Of a stretch of DNA of 64,000 nt, positions 24,660 through 33,641 are shown piece after piece. The DNA is from Thermoanaerobaculum sp. (lineage in GTDB: Bacteria > Acidobacteriota > Thermoanaerobaculia > Thermoanaerobaculales > Thermoanaerobaculaceae): contig JANXCP010000001.1 of the NCBI GenBank assembly GCA_025060245.1, forward strand, positions 244-64,243, in the 5' to 3' direction. How positions within the stretch are numbered: position 1 is the first letter of the stretch; each line of letters starts with the position of its first letter. The translations under genes were made by a program, and so were the position numbers. The notes beneath the pieces are model-generated. The model was not told the DNA's origin, made no database searches, and saw only the letters and a program-made list of their open reading frames with translations.

Positions 24660-27146
24660 ATGTTTTGGCGCCTCCTTGTTTTGTGGGTGTTCCCCGCCGC
24701 TGCCGCGGCGGCCGGTTTTTCTTGGGGTCAGGTGTTTCCACCGCGCAGCTCCCTGGTGGTGGGGGTCTTTGTAGAGGGGCGGGAGGTGGGGGTCGTGGAG
24801 GCTCTTGCAACCGAGGCGGGGGTGTGCTTGTCCTTGCCGGATTTTGCCCGGTTGACGGGCACTCACTGGGACGGCCGGGTGGGCAAGCTCCAGACTCCCC
24901 TGGGAGAAGCGTTTTTCAAACCGGCGGAGTTGCTGCGGGTGGATGACGGGTTCTACCTCTGTCCCGAGCCGGCTCGGTCTCTGCTTGGCGTGGAGATGGA
25001 GTTCAACCCCGTGGAGGTCACGGTGACCCTGGACCTCCCCTGGGCGGTGGCTCAGCCGGTGAGCTGGGTGCGCCCCAGCTTGGTGCCCGAGGTGCGGCCA
25101 CCCGCCTGGGGCGTGGGAACCCTCCGCGGGGACCTTTGGGTGGCCCGGGAAGGGGACACCAACCAGTGGATGGGCAGTGCCCTGGTCACCGGTCGTGCCT
25201 TGGCTGGGCAGTGGCGGCTCGTAGTGGATCAAACCACGGAGGAAAACCCCACGGTGCGCGAGCTGTTGTGGGTTCGTTCGCAGGAGCGCACGGTCTTCTT
25301 GGTGGGACGCAGTTTTCTCCAACCGTCGCCGTTGCTTTCCGGCTTGGATCTGGTCGGCGTGCAGTGGGTGTGGAGCAACGAGCCCTTACCCAAACTGGGC
25401 GGGGGCTGGGGCGTGGCCCTGCCCTTTGCCACAGCGTTGCGCAGTTTTCGCGGACCAGCTCCAGTGGGAAGTCTGGTGCGCCTGAAGCTGGATGGGTTTG
25501 TGGTTGCTTCCCAGACGGTGGGGGTTTCAGGACGGTATGAGTTCGTGGATGTCCCCGTGGCGGCGCGCGGTGTGGCCGTGGTGGAGGTGGAGGTCTACGA
25601 CCGCCACAACCTCTTGGTGCCACGGGAGGTACGGAGGGAGGTGGTGGCCGCGGCTGCTCCCTTACTTTCCCCAGGGCGTCGGGTCCACGCCTTGGGCTTT
25701 GGGTTGGGGGGCAACTTGGGCAGGCAGCTTCTGGGAGAGCGGGAGGAGCGGGAACCGGTCGCCTCTTATAGTTTGCGCTGGGGCCTTTCCCAACAGCTCA
25801 CGCTGGAGTTTCTCGCGCAAGCCCGACGGGGCCGGGAGCAGGTGGCCATAGGGTTCGCTGCGGCACCCACCCCCTGGTGGTTGGCCTCCGGGGAGTTGGC
25901 CTACGGCAACGGGGCCACCGCCTACCTCCTGGAGAGCTTCTTTTTCCGTCGGGGGTACGAGGTTTCTGCACGTTTTCTCCGGCAGCAGCGAACGTTCCCC
26001 TTGGTGAAACCCCAGGCTTGGGACCGCCAGGATCATTCGGTGGAGCTGCGTCGCTTTCTTGGCCGATGGCTAGAGGTGGGGCTGTGGGCGCGGGAGCATT
26101 GGCTGAGCCAGGAGAGGGTGCGGTGGATACGGCCCACCTTGGGGGTCAGCTGGGGATCCTGGTTGTTTGCCCGTGCCGTCCCTGACCAGTCGGGGTTCAT
26201 GAGCTGTGTGGTTACCGCCAGCCCCCACCCCAGACTGCGACTGGCCGCCTCCCTTTCCCGCACCGACCTCTACGACCTGCAGTGGGAGCTGGGCGGCCGA
26301 AGGCGGTGGGTCTGGCGGACCACGTGGGAGACCGGGGGCCCCGGTTCGGATCGCCTCACCACCACCGTGGGCAATCGTCCCGCCTTCTGGGGGGATCTGA
26401 GCTGGCGGGTCGGTGTCAGCCGCAGTGGCCCCCAGGTAGGGCCTTACTTGGAGGCAAGCCTTCGCCTCCTAGGCGGCTTTTGGTTGCGCGCGGAGTATGC
26501 CGGTGTCCCCACTCGCGCCATGGCCGGGCAAGGGCAGAGGCCGCGGCTGTTCGTCGGGCTGACCGCCGACTACGCGTACTCCTCAGGCCTTCTCACCCCC
26601 ACCGGTTCCCTGCCCCTGCAACGGGAAACTGGGGCCATTGCCGGCCGATTATGGGTTGCCCACGGTCGGGCCAACCTGGCGGGGGCGCGGGTGGTGGTGT
26701 GGGGCGTGGGTGGGACCACTACCGACAGTGGCGGCCGCTTCTTTTTGGGTTCGGTTCCGCCAGGGGTCTACGAGGTGGAGCTGGACCCGGATAAGCTTCC
26801 TTTGGAGTTGGTTCCCAAGCGTTCCCGGGTGGTGGTGGAGGTCCAGGCGGGTGTGACCACCCGGGTGGACTTTCCCATGGAGGTGTTGGTGGGGGTGGCA
26901 GGGCGCGTGACCGACGCCGCGGGAAGACCGGTGGCAGGGGTGCGGGTGGTGTTAGAAGGCGAGCAGTCTATTCGGGTGAAAGAGACCTCTTCCGATGAGT
27001 TTGGCCTCTTCCGCTTTGACCAAGTACCCTTGGGCACTTACATCCTCCGCGCGGTAGGGCCCGAGGAAAGGAGCCTAACTTGGCGCCAGGTGGAGCTGCG
27101 CGAGTTCCTCTTTGACCAGGACCTGCAGCTTCCCCCTTTGTCCTAA
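24660..27146 (+). CDS. Usher-like outer-membrane assembly platform with two C-terminal CarboxypepD_reg-like domains
   Basis: 828 aa with a signal peptide. The N-terminal segment LVVGVFVEGREVGVVEAL..EAGVCLSLPDFARLTG resembles the usher N-domain. The plug-like segment is SLVRLKLDGFVVASQTVGVSGRYEFVDVP...VEVEVYDRHN. A long amphipathic beta region follows. The C-terminus has the repeats GRLWVAHGRANLAGARVVVWG...GRFFLGSVPPGVYEV and GRVTDAAGRPVAGVRVVLEG...GLFRFDQVPLGTYIL. Confidence 0.6.
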   Translation: MFWRLLVLWVFPAAAAAAGFSWGQVFPPRSSLVVGVFVEGREVGVVEALATEAGVCLSLPDFARLTGTHWDGRVGKLQTPLGEAFFKPAELLRVDDGFYLCPEPARSLLGVEMEFNPVEVTVTLDLPWAVAQPVSWVRPSLVPEVRPPAWGVGTLRGDLWVAREGDTNQWMGSALVTGRALAGQWRLVVDQTTEENPTVRELLWVRSQERTVFLVGRSFLQPSPLLSGLDLVGVQWVWSNEPLPKLGGGWGVALPFATALRSFRGPAPVGSLVRLKLDGFVVASQTVGVSGRYEFVDVPVAARGVAVVEVEVYDRHNLLVPREVRREVVAAAAPLLSPGRRVHALGFGLGGNLGRQLLGEREEREPVASYSLRWGLSQQLTLEFLAQARRGREQVAIGFAAAPTPWWLASGELAYGNGATAYLLESFFFRRGYEVSARFLRQQRTFPLVKPQAWDRQDHSVELRRFLGRWLEVGLWAREHWLSQERVRWIRPTLGVSWGSWLFARAVPDQSGFMSCVVTASPHPRLRLAASLSRTDLYDLQWELGGRRRWVWRTTWETGGPGSDRLTTTVGNRPAFWGDLSWRVGVSRSGPQVGPYLEASLRLLGGFWLRAEYAGVPTRAMAGQGQRPRLFVGLTADYAYSSGLLTPTGSLPLQRETGAIAGRLWVAHGRANLAGARVVVWGVGGTTTDSGGRFFLGSVPPGVYEVELDPDKLPLELVPKRSRVVVEVQAGVTTRVDFPMEVLVGVAGRVTDAAGRPVAGVRVVLEGEQSIRVKETSSDEFGLFRFDQVPLGTYILRAVGPEERSLTWRQVELREFLFDQDLQLPPLS

Positions 27147-27340
27147 AACCGTACATCACCCAGGTTTAGGGAACGTTGGCCGCGTGGTCTTCCCGGGGGA
27201 GGCGTTCTATGTCCGTTTTTCGAACATGGTGGGGTGAGCCGGTAGACCGTTGAAAGGTTGTAAGGTATTGAGAAAAAAACCTTTATCCATAACCCGAGCC
27301 ACGGCACGCTCCTCGCACCTTAAGGGGCGGGAGGTGGGTT

Positions 27341-27634
27341 ATGGTCCGGTGGATCGCCGCAGGGTTGCTTCTGGTGGCAGCGGTCCATGCCCATGCGGGG
27401 GATACGGGCGTGCGCGTGTCTCTCACCGGCCTGCCCACGCTTCCTGCCCACTCCGGACCGGTCCGGCTGGTGGATGTCATTCGCCACATGGCTGTGAGCA
27501 GCCAGGGCAAGGGTGCGGCGCTGCAGGTCCTCACCGTTCATCTGCCTGACCGCGCCGGTTCCAAAGGAAGCCCACAAAAACCCTTTACGGGGCCGGGAAC
27601 GCTGGTGGCCCCCAACACCGTGGCCAGCTTTTAG
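27341..27634 (+). CDS. Small secreted hypothetical protein (97 aa)
   Basis: GGGAGGTGGG lies a few nt before the ATG. The signal peptide MVRWIAAGLLLVAAVHAHA is plausible. There are no recognisable motifs. Its 3' end overlaps the convergent gene by 4 nt. Confidence 0.35.
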   Translation: MVRWIAAGLLLVAAVHAHAGDTGVRVSLTGLPTLPAHSGPVRLVDVIRHMAVSSQGKGAALQVLTVHLPDRAGSKGSPQKPFTGPGTLVAPNTVASF

Positions 27635-29286
27635 CGACGCCCGGGGATGGATACCCCTTCGGCACTGCCCCCTAGGTGGCGGAGCGTGCCGTCACCAGGG
27701 ATCAGGTCCCCCGGGCCTCCATCGCTGAGATCAAAGGTGTAGCCCCAAACAAATCGGTCACGGATTCGGGTGACAGCCAACGTTTGCCACGTGGAGAGGC
27801 GCAGGGCACGGTAGGTAACCGATGGCGTACCCACCTGGTGGAACAGCAGCTTGATCTGACCCTGGGGGCAGGGAAGGGAAAAGCCCACCAGCCCCAGGGG
27901 AAAATCGTAGAGGGGATCAGGGGTTCCGCTACCCGCTTCGGTCACGGTGAAGACCTGGGTAAGCTGCGGACAACCGGTTGCTTCCACGGTGATCCAGCCT
28001 TTCCCAATGGCCAGGGGCAGGGTAGCCACGTGCCTTTGGTTGCGATCGGGGATCCCATCACCGTTGCCATCGCCTTTGCGGAACACGGGGAACCCATCCC
28101 CCCCGGGGTAGCTATCTTCCACTGCCGCCGCCACGCCGTCCCCATCGTCGGCCGCCTGAAGCTCCAGCTGGGCGGTGTTGTTGGTAGGGTTAGGATCACT
28201 GGTGGAGGAGGCGGCGGTGACGGTCAACGTGCCCCCGGCAAAGCTGGGGCTGGCTTGCAGGGTGACACTGCAAGTGGCCGTGCCGTGAACCGTCAGGGAG
28301 CCCACGCTCCAGCCGCCGGCAAAGAGGGTGCAGGGATCGGCCACTGCGGCAAGCCCTGGTGGGAGAGCTCCGGAGACGGTTACGCCGGCGGCGGGGGAAG
28401 GCCCCTGGGCGCTGACCCACACCTCCACGGGGAAGGGATGGGCATCAATCGGGTCGGGGGGTGCAGCCCACAGGTCCAGGGTCAGATCCGACTGGGGACC
28501 CCCGGGGGGAAAGGTGGGGGCAAAGAGGCAGAGGGCCGTTCCGGTGTTCACCAGACCGACCCGTCGTGCGCTCCACGCCGCCCCGTGGTGGGCTCCTGGG
28601 CCTTGCCAGCCGATGGTGGCTGCTTGCTCGCTGCCCGGCGGCAGAGCGGCGTACTGGAAAACCACTTGCCCGCTCTGGTGGTAGAGGACCACCTGGAAGG
28701 TGAGGGGCAGCGAACCCCCAGAAAGCTGCAGGTTGGACCATTGCACCACGGTACAAGGTTCCGCCCCTAGCGCTTCGGAGCTCCGTGGACAGGAGGGGTA
28801 AGAGGCGGTCAGCACGCTGCCCCCGGATCGCACCAGGTCGGCGTGGAAGGGCAGAAGCCGCGCGCTTTCGGTAAACACTGGCGACGCAGAAGGGAAGAAG
28901 GCGGAAGCCACCGCGGGCAGGAGGGCATCAGGGGAAAAATCTCGCCCGTCCTCCTGGTTCAGGCCACTGGCAAAAGCCACGTAGCCGTTCACCGATACCA
29001 CCAGACTACTTAGCGCCAGGCCGTAAAAGGGAAAAGGCTGAGGGAGGGCAACCACAGCGCCGCCGTCGTCATCGGCCGGCGGATCGCCGGGGGCGGCATA
29101 GGGCGCGCTGAAGATGAGGGGTGTGCCGGCAGCGTCAATGTTGAGGAAGTTGTACGCGCAGTGGCTGGAGGCTTGGGAGTACATACGATAGCCATACCCG
29201 TCACTTAGCCCTTGTTGCACGCGGCTTTGACCCATCACCGCCGTGGGAACCGAAACCAGCAAACCGAGCAAGAGTAGCTTTCTCAT
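27631..29286 (-). CDS. Secreted multidomain protein (NIDO-like N-terminus, DUF11-like repeat, Asp-rich calcium-type repeats)
   Basis: Signal peptide MRKLLLLGLLVSVPTAVMGQ. FPFYGLALSSLVVSVNGYVAF is NIDO-like. ...TCSVTLQASPSFAGGTLTVTAASSTSDPNPTNNTA is a DUF11-type ending. DDGDGVAAAVED...GDGNGDGIPDRNQ resembles thrombospondin-type-3 repeats. Confidence 0.7.
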   Translation of the reverse strand: MRKLLLLGLLVSVPTAVMGQSRVQQGLSDGYGYRMYSQASSHCAYNFLNIDAAGTPLIFSAPYAAPGDPPADDDGGAVVALPQPFPFYGLALSSLVVSVNGYVAFASGLNQEDGRDFSPDALLPAVASAFFPSASPVFTESARLLPFHADLVRSGGSVLTASYPSCPRSSEALGAEPCTVVQWSNLQLSGGSLPLTFQVVLYHQSGQVVFQYAALPPGSEQAATIGWQGPGAHHGAAWSARRVGLVNTGTALCLFAPTFPPGGPQSDLTLDLWAAPPDPIDAHPFPVEVWVSAQGPSPAAGVTVSGALPPGLAAVADPCTLFAGGWSVGSLTVHGTATCSVTLQASPSFAGGTLTVTAASSTSDPNPTNNTAQLELQAADDGDGVAAAVEDSYPGGDGFPVFRKGDGNGDGIPDRNQRHVATLPLAIGKGWITVEATGCPQLTQVFTVTEAGSGTPDPLYDFPLGLVGFSLPCPQGQIKLLFHQVGTPSVTYRALRLSTWQTLAVTRIRDRFVWGYTFDLSDGGPGDLIPGDGTLRHLGGSAEGVSIPGRR

Positions 29287-29295
29287 GGCCCACCT

Positions 29296-31575
29296 CTATT
29301 GCACTGTCAGCGCCAGGCACCAGCGCTCCAGCGTTCCCGTCTGGCCGTTGGCCCGGTCCTCCACCCGCAGCTGCCAGGTTCCCGGGCTGGTTTGCCCATC
29401 AAAAGCGCTTAGAGCTTGGAAGGGATAGAAAAACCCGGACACGGCGGGCAAGTTACCGCACTGGACTTGCACGTTGCCCGTGGCCTCGTCATCCAGCATG
29501 GCATCCACGTTGTCCCCCTGGCACCCTCCTGAGCCGTTGGTGAGGCGGTTCATCAGCTGGCGTGTGGTTCCGGCAGGCGAGGTGAGGAAGGCGTTCAGAT
29601 CTCCCACCCGCGGGTGGGTGATGAGAAGCCACACATCCACGTCCGTGACCACACCCCACCCCGCAGGGGCGGAGACGGTACTGGTGACCCCTGTGGGGCT
29701 GTTGTCGGGGATGGCCGCATTGGGGGCGGCGCACAGGAGGTAGCGCGGCGGGCCGGTGGCGGGTCCGTAGCGAAAGATCTCGTAGTTGCCATCGGCGTTG
29801 GAGCCCAAAGGGTTTTGGTCTGACTGCCAGGCGGCGTAAAGAACTGCACCATTTCTGCTTACCGTGGGAGCCAAGGGCGTAGGAGCGGCGGCCATCCCCA
29901 CCCCGGGTTGATTGCTGGTGGCGGTGGCGAAGTACCGTGCCGTGAAGGTTCCGGACAGGAAGTCTAAGCGCTCGCCCACCGCCCAAGCCCCGTCATCGGT
30001 GAGGCGCGCCATGATGTAGGCCTCAGTGGCTGGGCCAGCGGAGAGTTGCCGTATGGTGCCGCTGGGCCAGAAGAAGAGCTCGTAGCCCCCGTCGCCGTTG
30101 CCTCCGGCGAAGTTGCCGTTGGAGATAAAGGCAATCGCGGCGCCGCTGGCGGAAATGGCCGGGGTGTCATTGAAAATGGCGCCGCTGGTGGTGGTAATGG
30201 CTTGGAAGGTGTTGGCGGTGCGATCCCAACGGTAAATTTCCGGATTCCCGTCGGGGTTCGTGCCGCCGATGTTACAGGTGGAAACAAAGGCCACGAATTG
30301 CCCCGTGCTCCGACTCACCGACGGAGCGTAGTTTTGGCAACTGGAGGTGGAGGTGCCGGCAAAGGTGGTGCCGTTCCACGCGACGATCTCGTCGTTGCCG
30401 TCAGGATTGGTAAAGGTGCCATGGCCACAGTTGGAGACAAACACCACCGGTGTGCCGGTGCCATCGCCTGCCACCACGGGGAAGCGGTTTTGACAGGGTG
30501 CGGTGGTGCTGGTCACCTGGACGGTGGTCAGGGTGGTACGGTCTACGCGAAAGATTTCCCAGTTGCCGTCAGTGTTGCCGCCGGTGAGGTTGGCGTTGGA
30601 GGCAAACACCACAAAACGACCGTTGCTGGTGACGGCGGGATGGGAGAAGCTGCCACCTGAGGCAGCGGTAAGCCTTTGCAGGGTGCCCCCTGACCAGAAG
30701 TAGACTTGCTCCACCGCGCCCGGGTTATCTCCTGTCAGGTTCCCCGAGGAGATGAACACGTAGGAAGGGGGGTTTTCCCCTGCTGCCACCTCGCGGGACT
30801 GGGTGGGGCGAGCTTCCAAACCGCCCCCCTTCAGCTCTACCGTCCACCCTGCTGAGACGGTCACCTGGGCGGTTTGCGGGGTGCACGCCGGAACCGCCAC
30901 CGCGTCCACCGCCAGGGCGGAGTCAAAGGTGGCATCACCCTGGTCGGCCACGCGGAAACGGAGCGTGTAGTTCCCAGGGGTGGCTAACGTGACGCAGGTG
31001 CTGTACCACTCGGTGCGGCCGTTGCCCGCACCCCCCCTGATTTGCGTGTTTTGGATAGGCCCGGGGGCGGTAAACAGGTACTGAGTGTTGTCGTACGGGC
31101 CGAAATCGGGCCAGGGGGAAGCACCGGTGACGTTTTTCAACACGCTGTGACGGAACAGGGGAGCTTCATTGATGGTGACGTCAAAAAGGTCATCGAAGGC
31201 CGCCCCTTGGTCCCCCTCGCTGGTGAGGAACATTACCGCCACCTGCAGCCCTGCAGGAGCCGTGGTGAGGGTAAAGGTTTGCTGCAGGGTGGCCAGGTCG
31301 TAGTCGTTGCTCCCGCCCTGCCCGTCCAGGCTCGTGGCGGAACCACCGGCATTGCCAGGGCCGGTGGAGAGGACGGCAAAGTAGGACCCGTCAAAGGGCG
31401 TGATGGAGGGGTTAACCCCTGTGGCGCTGATCACCTGGACCCGCCCAGTCCCCCCGGCGGTCCACCCGGTGAGCGTACCGGTCTCAAACGACCCGTTGGT
31501 GATTTGGGCGGAGGCGGTTCCCGCCGCCGCCAAGGCGACCAAGGTTGCCATGCGCATGGTTCCGCTCCCGTTCAC
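29296..31575 (-). CDS. Secreted protein: N-terminal jelly-roll-like domain, PD40/TolB-like beta-propeller repeats, C-terminal proprotein-convertase P-domain
   Basis: Signal peptide MRMATLVALAAAGTASAQ. ITNGSFETGTLTGWT follows. Repeated N.DGN.EI(F/Y)R(V/W) units are present (GNWEIFRV, GNDEIVAW, GNPEIYRW, GGYELFFW, GNYEIFRY). The C-terminus PDNSPTGVTSTV...VTDVDVWLLITHPRVGDLNAFLTSPAGT...GTWQLRVEDRANGQTGTLERWCLALT is P-domain-like. Alternative starts are at 31557 and 31551. Confidence 0.75.
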   Translation of the reverse strand: MNGSGTMRMATLVALAAAGTASAQITNGSFETGTLTGWTAGGTGRVQVISATGVNPSITPFDGSYFAVLSTGPGNAGGSATSLDGQGGSNDYDLATLQQTFTLTTAPAGLQVAVMFLTSEGDQGAAFDDLFDVTINEAPLFRHSVLKNVTGASPWPDFGPYDNTQYLFTAPGPIQNTQIRGGAGNGRTEWYSTCVTLATPGNYTLRFRVADQGDATFDSALAVDAVAVPACTPQTAQVTVSAGWTVELKGGGLEARPTQSREVAAGENPPSYVFISSGNLTGDNPGAVEQVYFWSGGTLQRLTAASGGSFSHPAVTSNGRFVVFASNANLTGGNTDGNWEIFRVDRTTLTTVQVTSTTAPCQNRFPVVAGDGTGTPVVFVSNCGHGTFTNPDGNDEIVAWNGTTFAGTSTSSCQNYAPSVSRSTGQFVAFVSTCNIGGTNPDGNPEIYRWDRTANTFQAITTTSGAIFNDTPAISASGAAIAFISNGNFAGGNGDGGYELFFWPSGTIRQLSAGPATEAYIMARLTDDGAWAVGERLDFLSGTFTARYFATATSNQPGVGMAAAPTPLAPTVSRNGAVLYAAWQSDQNPLGSNADGNYEIFRYGPATGPPRYLLCAAPNAAIPDNSPTGVTSTVSAPAGWGVVTDVDVWLLITHPRVGDLNAFLTSPAGTTRQLMNRLTNGSGGCQGDNVDAMLDDEATGNVQVQCGNLPAVSGFFYPFQALSAFDGQTSPGTWQLRVEDRANGQTGTLERWCLALTVQ

Positions 31576-31602
31576 AATCTAAACCCCCTTCCGACAGAAT
31601 GC

Positions 31603-31629
31603 AAAAATCGCGCCCGGTTCTCCGGGCGC
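31603..31629 (-). terminator. Rho-independent terminator of the acyl-CoA dehydrogenase gene
   Basis: On the minus strand: GCGCCCGG-agaa-CCGGGCGC followed by GATTTTTG, about 30 nt after the stop codon. Confidence 0.75.
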
Positions 31630-31659
31630 AGCTCCGCGGGGTGGTGACCTTTTTGTTCC

Positions 31660-33501
31660 CTACAGGATTGCCTCCATGGGGGCCATCTCCCCGGCGCGGA
31701 TGGCCACTGCCCGCGCCGTGACGTTGGGCAGGACCCGGTAGGCAAAGTGGATGGCGGCCTGAACTTTGTTGTGGTAGAAGGCGGCCGCGGCGTTTTCATT
31801 GAGGAACTGCTTGTATGCCACCTCGTCCTCCACCGGAACCCCCGCTTGTTGGGCCAGGGCCTGCAGCTTTTCTCGTGCGATCACCGCCTGGTCCAGGAGG
31901 AAGTGAGCGCCCAAGGTATCGCCGATCATGTCCAGGAACGGCACCGAGTTCAACAGCACCACCATCACCGCATCAGGCCGTTTGGTGAGTCCCTTGGAAA
32001 TGTCTTCAATTTGCTTGAGGGCGGCCCCCAGCATCCACGCCGGTTCCATGAGCTGGGGATCGTTGCGCAGCTTCTTGAAGGTGGACTCTGCCATTCCCAG
32101 CAGCTCGCGAATCGGTTTACCGCCCTTGGCCGGCAGCTTGCGCGCCACCAGATCCAGGGCCTGGATCCCATTGGTCCCCTCGTAGATGGAGGCGATCTTG
32201 GCATCCCGCAGGTACTGCTCCACCGGGTACTCCTGGGTGTAGCCGTACCCGCCAAAGACCTGGAGGCACCACTCGGTGACGCGGAACCCCCAGTCGGACG
32301 CCCAGGCCTTGCAAATGGGGGTCAGCACCTCCACGTAGGACTGGTAACGTTCCTGTTCCTCGCCTTCGCTGACCCGGCTCATGTCAATGAAAAAGGAGGT
32401 TTGCATGAGCAAGGCCCGCATGGCTTGCACGTAGGCATAGGAGGTGAAGAGCATGCGGCGGACATCGGGGTGCTCAATGATGGGCACCTGCGGCGCCTCA
32501 TGGTCCTTCAGGCGGGTCCAGTGGCGACCCTGGAGGCGGGTCTTGGCGTACTGCCATGCCTCCTGCAACGCCGTGGCGGCCAAGGCTTCACCCTGGAGCC
32601 CCACCTCAATGCGCGCTGGGTTCATCATGTGGAACATCAACTTCATCCCCTGCAGTTCTTCTCCCAAGAGGTAGCCCTCGCACTGGTTGTTCGGGCCAAA
32701 GACCAACGAGCAGGTGGGGGAGCCGTGAATACCCAGCTTGTGCTCAATACCCGCGGTTTGCACGTCGTTGGGTTGACCCAGGGAGCCGTCGGGGTTGACG
32801 CGGATTTTCGGTACCACAAACAGGGAAAGACCGGCCGTGCCCGCAGGTGCACCGGGAGTGCGGGCCAAGACCAGGTGGATAATGTTTTCCGTGAGGTCTT
32901 GATCCCCGGAGGTGATGAAGATCTTTTCACCGGAAATGAGGTACTTCCCGTCCCCTGCCTTCACCGCCCGGGTTTTAGAAGCCCCCACGTCCGAACCGGC
33001 CTGGGGTTCGGTGAGGCACATGGTTCCGCCCCACTGGCCCGCGTACATCTTTTCCACGAACAGACGGCGAAGTTCGTCGCTGCCAAACTTTTCAATGAGG
33101 TATCCGGCGCCACGGGTGAGGAGGGCGGTGAGAGAGAGGGAGATGTTGGCGCCAAAGAAAAATTCGTTGACGGCCGTACCCACCACTTCGGGTAACCCCA
33201 TCCCGCCAAACTCGGGGGAGTTGATGCAGGAGATCCAACCGCCCTCGCACAGCTTCTGGTAGGCCTCGCGGAAGCCCTCCGGCATAACCACTCGGCCGTC
33301 CACGAACTTAGCCCCGACGCGATCTCCTTCCCTGTTGGTGGGAGCCAGGACCTGGGCGGCTAGCTTGTTCGCTTCTTCTAATACCATTTCCAAATCTTGC
33401 CGGGTCCACTGGGAAAAACGTTCGGTTTGCAAGAGCTTTTCCGTAGGCAGCCAGTCAAAGAGCTGAAAGGTTACGTCCCTCATGTCCACTTGGAATGCCA
33501 C
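31660..33501 (-). CDS. Large acyl-CoA dehydrogenase (FadE/AcdA-like with extra C-terminal domain)
   Basis: Typical ACAD blocks are present (CLTEPQAGSDVG, GEKIFITSGD, YEGTNGIQALDL). I prefer the GTG at 33501, which has GGGAGGTGGG 4-5 nt upstream. The ATG at 33483 is an alternative. The track's longer ORF overlaps the divergent promoter region. Confidence 0.9.
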   Translation of the reverse strand: MAFQVDMRDVTFQLFDWLPTEKLLQTERFSQWTRQDLEMVLEEANKLAAQVLAPTNREGDRVGAKFVDGRVVMPEGFREAYQKLCEGGWISCINSPEFGGMGLPEVVGTAVNEFFFGANISLSLTALLTRGAGYLIEKFGSDELRRLFVEKMYAGQWGGTMCLTEPQAGSDVGASKTRAVKAGDGKYLISGEKIFITSGDQDLTENIIHLVLARTPGAPAGTAGLSLFVVPKIRVNPDGSLGQPNDVQTAGIEHKLGIHGSPTCSLVFGPNNQCEGYLLGEELQGMKLMFHMMNPARIEVGLQGEALAATALQEAWQYAKTRLQGRHWTRLKDHEAPQVPIIEHPDVRRMLFTSYAYVQAMRALLMQTSFFIDMSRVSEGEEQERYQSYVEVLTPICKAWASDWGFRVTEWCLQVFGGYGYTQEYPVEQYLRDAKIASIYEGTNGIQALDLVARKLPAKGGKPIRELLGMAESTFKKLRNDPQLMEPAWMLGAALKQIEDISKGLTKRPDAVMVVLLNSVPFLDMIGDTLGAHFLLDQAVIAREKLQALAQQAGVPVEDEVAYKQFLNENAAAAFYHNKVQAAIHFAYRVLPNVTARAVAIRAGEMAPMEAIL

Positions 33502-33641
33502 CGCCCACCTCCCTTCCGGTTCTCCCGCCCGCGTTGGGGGACTGAACCGGCATTCAGTTTGCACCTGGCTTTGGGTAAAGGCAAGCCCAGGTGTCGGCAG
33601 CTCCCCTTGCACTGCCTGCCGCCAATTGCCAAACTAAGACC

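Noticed and set aside
31747-33195. A 482-aa plus-strand ORF.
   Set aside because: It is a shadow ORF antisense to the clearly recognisable acyl-CoA dehydrogenase. It is low-complexity (G/H/L/R/V-rich), has no motifs and has no RBS.
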